A DNA stretch of 60,129 nucleotides from assembly GCF_037042905.1 (NCBI RefSeq), contig NC_087252.1, positions 14,075,872 to 14,136,000 on the forward strand, given 5' to 3'. This document shows positions 58,201 to 60,129 of this stretch, piece by piece. The notes beneath the pieces were generated by a model that saw nothing but the letters and a program-made list of their open reading frames with translations, was not told the DNA's origin and ran no database searches. The number at the start of each line of letters is the position of its first letter. Position 1 is the stretch's first letter. The translations under genes and the position numbers were made by a program. The stretch comes from Lytechinus pictus. Its lineage: Eukaryota.

Positions 58201-58857
58201 ATTCCTTGAATGCATGAGCGCTGAAAGTCAGCTCGAGCTAAAGCTGGGGTAATAATGATATCAACATCGCGCCTCGAAATAGAATATTTCTAGATAGATG
58301 GCGCTATATAAATGCCTATTATTATTAGAGCATTTTGTATTTTCAGAGATTTGTGTACGATATGTCTCCCATTTACCAAAATGAGTTGCAGCAGTGATTT
58401 CCTTACTCATCAGTAGTCAATCGAATTGTTTCCATAATTGGAGGACTAGATGTAAATAAATACGATTTGATAGGATCAAATATAAAAGAAATAAGTGGGG
58501 ATACAACATCGGTTTGCTCATTGCATATCCATGAAGACATGCATAGAAATGTTTCACTGAATTAATGCAAAAGTGTAAAATGTCATTACTTTTAATATTG
58601 TGTGGCAGGTATTGGGGCGAGTCTTAATAAAACGTTTGCCCCAAAGTACAGCAATTTGGGAAGTTTTAGAAACGATTTGGGCTGTCTTGACTGTGAAATC
58701 GCCTGTCTGATGAAACATGTGACTTCTTTGTTGCATTTTCATAGCTTTTTGACCATTTTTTTTTACTCATTCTAGGTAAACGATCTGTTATATTGTTTTA
58801 ATGAGAGACCAAACTGCAGTCGAATTCGAGAAGCAGTCAGTCCTGATGATTGGAAAA
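31155..58857 (+). CDS. NCSTN: Nicastrin (gamma-secretase subunit); 5' part, 13 coding exons in window (~557 codons), continues beyond window
   Basis: Hand-spliced exons 31155-31224, 43091-43219, 43631-43754, 45414-45544, 47210-47349, 48731-48878, 49441-49547, 51580-51741, 52592-52810, 54336-54502, 55989-56085, 57892-57987, 58776-58857. Motifs CVRRFNATHQIGC, FSPDKSCPN, CDPLGDWNVW, FFQGESYDYIGSSRMVYDM, PLPPASFQQFL, YYNSRLD. Confidence 0.95.
31696..32101. mobile_element. MITE nested in copy B
   Basis: ~34-bp TIR AGAGGCGCTGGTC(A/C)GAAAATTGGGAT(C/T)GTCCCAG; absent from copy A. Confidence 0.8.
32890..33838 (+). mobile_element. Helentron/HINE-like element with ~5 internal 163-190-bp tandem repeats
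   Basis: Subterminal IR GTCTCACCTGCAT / ATGCAGGTGAGAC, T-rich flanks, (GGC)n after the head; truncated head copy at ~46001-46102. Confidence 0.68.
34140..34563. mobile_element. Small MITE nested in 32684-35139
   Basis: TIR core CCAGTTCGTAGTT / AACTACGAACTGG. Confidence 0.6.
36889..37186 (+). pseudogene. Probable C-terminal remnant of Tx1 ORF1 (S/P/K-rich)
   Basis: Open frame from the 5' truncation point to a stop 48 nt before the ORF2 ATG. Confidence 0.55.
37235..41014 (+). pseudogene. Tx1-type ORF2 (APE-RT-C-terminal Cys/His knuckle) with one in-frame TAG at 37469-37471
   Basis: NVRG, QET, NVYAP, SRLDYW, CDH, WKFNNSLL, EGEKSSKYF, WRPISLLN, GVRQGCPLS, LADD, CxxC..ET..H...C; both ORF pieces share a frame; APE GDxN reads GEWN. 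Confidence 0.9.
42847..43003. mobile_element. ~157-bp Harbinger-like MITE
   Basis: TIR GG..GCGTTTCAT / ATGAAACGC..CC; second copy at 48253-48409. Confidence 0.78.
43091..43219 (+). CDS. NCSTN: Nicastrin exon 2 (...IYYDIMNFGQCVRRFNATHQIGCT)
   Basis: CVR..NATHQIGC motif. Confidence 0.95.
43631..43754 (+). CDS. NCSTN: Nicastrin exon 3 (DFNGNNGVLHLIENVADINWLLVNGTYTPYIALM)
   Basis: GVxH..W..G..PY motif; CAG/GTAAG borders. Confidence 0.93.
43817..44248. mobile_element. MITE with 9-bp TSD (Mutator-like)
   Basis: TIR CCGG(G)nCAGTCAAATATATTGCT; TSD GCATTTATT on both sides. Confidence 0.8.
45414..45544 (+). CDS. NCSTN: Nicastrin exon 4 (...FSPDKSCPNDNY)
   Basis: FSPxxxCPN motif. Confidence 0.93.
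46841..47062. mobile_element. Harbinger-like MITE
   Basis: TIR GGGGTGTTTCACAAAGAT / ATCTTTGTCAAACACCCC. Confidence 0.7.
47210..47349 (+). CDS. NCSTN: Nicastrin exon 5 (MYADNSEYSNCQKVLWNTDGNGMSFMDLGIPVFAL)
   Basis: WNxxGNG...PVF motif. Confidence 0.93.
47511..48549 (+). repeat. ~440-bp tandem duplication (second copy carries a MITE)
   Basis: GAGGTCACACGGCATGAT ... GGGATGAAT present twice. Confidence 0.9.
48253..48409. mobile_element. ~157-bp Harbinger-like MITE with CAG TSD
   Basis: Empty site (TTCAGGATTT) visible in the adjacent duplicate at ~47810. Confidence 0.85.
48731..48878 (+). CDS. NCSTN: Nicastrin exon 6 (CYEEHN...YPQCAGEMYDFMFGAKDTPTCM)
   Basis: YPxCA..M.A..T.TCM motif. Confidence 0.92.
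49441..49547 (+). CDS. NCSTN: Nicastrin exon 7 (FYCDPLGDWNVWATL...IIAAAQ)
   Basis: CDPLxDxNVW motif. Confidence 0.94.
49700..50131 (+). mobile_element. L2/Crack-like LINE 3' end fragment
   Basis: APEY..YSLR..LPKPKTN..KRTF.FRGA.L.N.LP; (AAAC)n tail. Confidence 0.68.
51293..51531 (-). mobile_element. tRNA-derived SINE, 5'-truncated
   Basis: Reverse-complement similarity to 58044-58327 including B-box. Confidence 0.82.
51580..51741 (+). CDS. NCSTN: Nicastrin exon 8 (LDVAELF...GAENTVSGFVTLLAAAQAI...NIMFTFFQG)
   Basis: GAE..V..FVTxLAAA and MFxFFQG motifs. Confidence 0.94.
52592..52810 (+). CDS. NCSTN: Nicastrin exon 9 (ESYDYIGSSRMVYDM...YMHIDPLSQ)
   Basis: DYIGS motif with upstream Glu (equivalent of human E333). 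Confidence 0.96.
52786..53300 (+). repeat. ~4 x ~130-bp tandem repeat starting inside nicastrin exon 9
   Basis: Recurring (C/T)TGATGCA.CTAC.CAACAGGGT ... GGGAGTGGGAAATGTG. Confidence 0.85.
53660..54238. mobile_element. TTAA-flanked Kolobok-like MITE with long imperfect inverted arms
   Basis: TTAA|AGGGGAAT ... ATTTTCCT|TTAA. Confidence 0.7.
54336..54502 (+). CDS. NCSTN: Nicastrin exon 10 (...QPLPPASFQQFLRNGTDIPGVVITDHNMEYKN)
   Basis: PLPPxSxQxFL..GVVxxDH motif. Confidence 0.94.
54461..55595 (+). repeat. 16-copy ~70-bp minisatellite containing the nicastrin exon 10 end and donor site
   Basis: Unit AGGGGGTAGTCATTGCAGATCATAGCATGGAATATAAAAATAAGTAAGCAAATATGATTTCTGCATCCTA. Confidence 0.97.
55989..56085 (+). 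CDS. NCSTN: Nicastrin exon 11 (YYNSRLDIPEAFGINFTEY...)
   Basis: NKYYxSxxD motif across the junction. Confidence 0.9.
56104..56863. mobile_element. piggyBac-type MITE
   Basis: TTAA|CCCTAATTCTCCCGGGG ... CCCCGGGAGAGTTAGGG|TTAA; related older copy at ~51828-52430. Confidence 0.85.
57892..57987 (+). CDS. NCSTN: Nicastrin exon 12 (TLTGLATTIARSLYLYARPGANASILVADVNL)
   Basis: LxxxATxxARxLY..AD motif; TAG/GTAAG borders. Confidence 0.88.
58044..58327 (+). mobile_element. tRNA-derived SINE
   Basis: A-box TGGCCAATTGG, B-box GGTTCGAATCC, tail GCGCTATATAAATGCC(TAT)n; inverted copy at 51293-51531. Confidence 0.85.
58776..58857 (+). CDS. NCSTN: Nicastrin exon 13 (VNDLLYCFNERPNCSRIRE...)
   Basis: VxxLLYCF..NC motif; TAG/GTAAG borders. 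Confidence 0.9.
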
Positions 58858-60129
58858 GTAAGTTTATCATTCATTTTTGTAGGTACATTGCAAAAATATA
58901 TGCCATAGTGGGTGGTGATTAACTCTTTGCCCGCTTTGTTCAACTAGAGCATGTGCGTAAATCCCGAAGGGGATGGGCAGATACATCCCCCCTACTTTTC
59001 GGAGAGGGGGGAGATGGCATGTACAATCATCCCCCCCCCCCACTTTTTAAGATAGAAAAATAAATTTGATCATCAAATGGCGTATATTGTTAATGTGTGG
59101 ATTCATCTTTAAATGCAGTCAAAGTGCTCAAATTTGCCTCATTTAGCATCCTAAAATGCAAAATTTCTCACGCAGTCGCGTGATAAATATATTCTTACAA
59201 GAATATGGCCGTGACAAATCCCTACATTTAGCTTATTGCAAAGGTTATATCCACTGCATCATGAGAGTTTAGTTATAATAAGTCCATTTATGAATGTGTG
59301 ATTCCGATGATTTTCAAATATGATTATAACATTTATCATAAGCGTACTAAATCATCCTTTGAATACACTTTCGTGAATATGGGAGGGGGTCATCTGGTAT
59401 CTTTGTGGAAGCGAGGATTTTGTATTAAAAATATTTGGCCTGCGTATTATTTAAAAGTATACAATGAGTTACTGAATTTTTGCCGTTAATGAAACATTCA
59501 TCTTTACCATTTTTATCCATTTATAGGGGACTTTAATCACATTAATTAACACAACAATGTAATAAATATTTCATAAATGACTTTGCTCAAAATTTGGAAT
59601 GTTCCATCATCTCCCAATATAATCTTATAATCTAAGTCCTTCAAGTGAAAGATGATAGTTAGGGACAGTGATTTTCCGTTTCAAAAAATTGCCTTTTCCG
59701 TTTCAGAAATTCGTAAATTCCGTTTCAGCATGCCAGAAAACGGAAATTCCGTTTCCCCATAGACTTTGTGTACACGGAAAATTGGCAATTCCGTTTACCA
59801 TTCAGTAGCAATATATCACTCGCGCTGCGCTGGTCAAAATTTGTATCTGCCACTGTACCAACAACGCAGTAGAATCCGCTCTAATCGGATCTATGCGGGT
59901 ACACAAAATATTTTCACAAACATATCTGACATACATGTGTAAATACATCCTTACCTTTCACATTATTAGCATTATTTTTTTGTTAAATTAAATTTTATCG
60001 ATAATTTTGGGGGTTTTTGGACATCGTTTCGACCAGTCAACGACTGTAGCCTATCCGCCATTTTGGATTTCAAGACCGGAATATCGTGCTGTTACATCTT
60101 CAAATGTAGAGGGCAGTAACACACGACCG

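Overview
Eukaryotic, AT-rich, intron-rich animal genomic DNA. The repeat content suggests an echinoderm such as a sea urchin, but that is inference. The window holds two divergently transcribed housekeeping genes. RRP1B/Nop52-family (minus strand) is complete: 12 coding exons, 22372->362, about 744 aa, ending RRPKATDFF. Nicastrin (plus strand) shows its first 13 coding exons, 31155->58857, with the QGESYDYIGSS motif, and runs off the right edge. Much of the rest is transposon-derived. Three nested stacks (14908-22060, 22524-30023, ~31633-41468) surround the two first exons, and each holds a large non-LTR retrotransposon: an intact CR1-group 2A-like/PHD/APE/RT ORF, a frameshifted two-ORF CR1/Crack-type LINE, and an L1/Tx1 LINE with a 14-bp TSD and one nonsense codon. 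Most notable observations: removing TSD-defined insertions collapses the 8.8-kb intergenic gap to a ~0.68-kb bidirectional promoter; a 16-copy minisatellite is built from a nicastrin exon end plus its splice donor, with two more exon-end duplications elsewhere; a D->Q variant StopGo/2A motif starts a LINE ORF; TA->TACCGGTA/TACATGTA footprints recur; and two different LINEs hit the same DNA-transposon family ~220 bp apart. I found no prokaryotic-type system. All calls are by eye, with no database searches.
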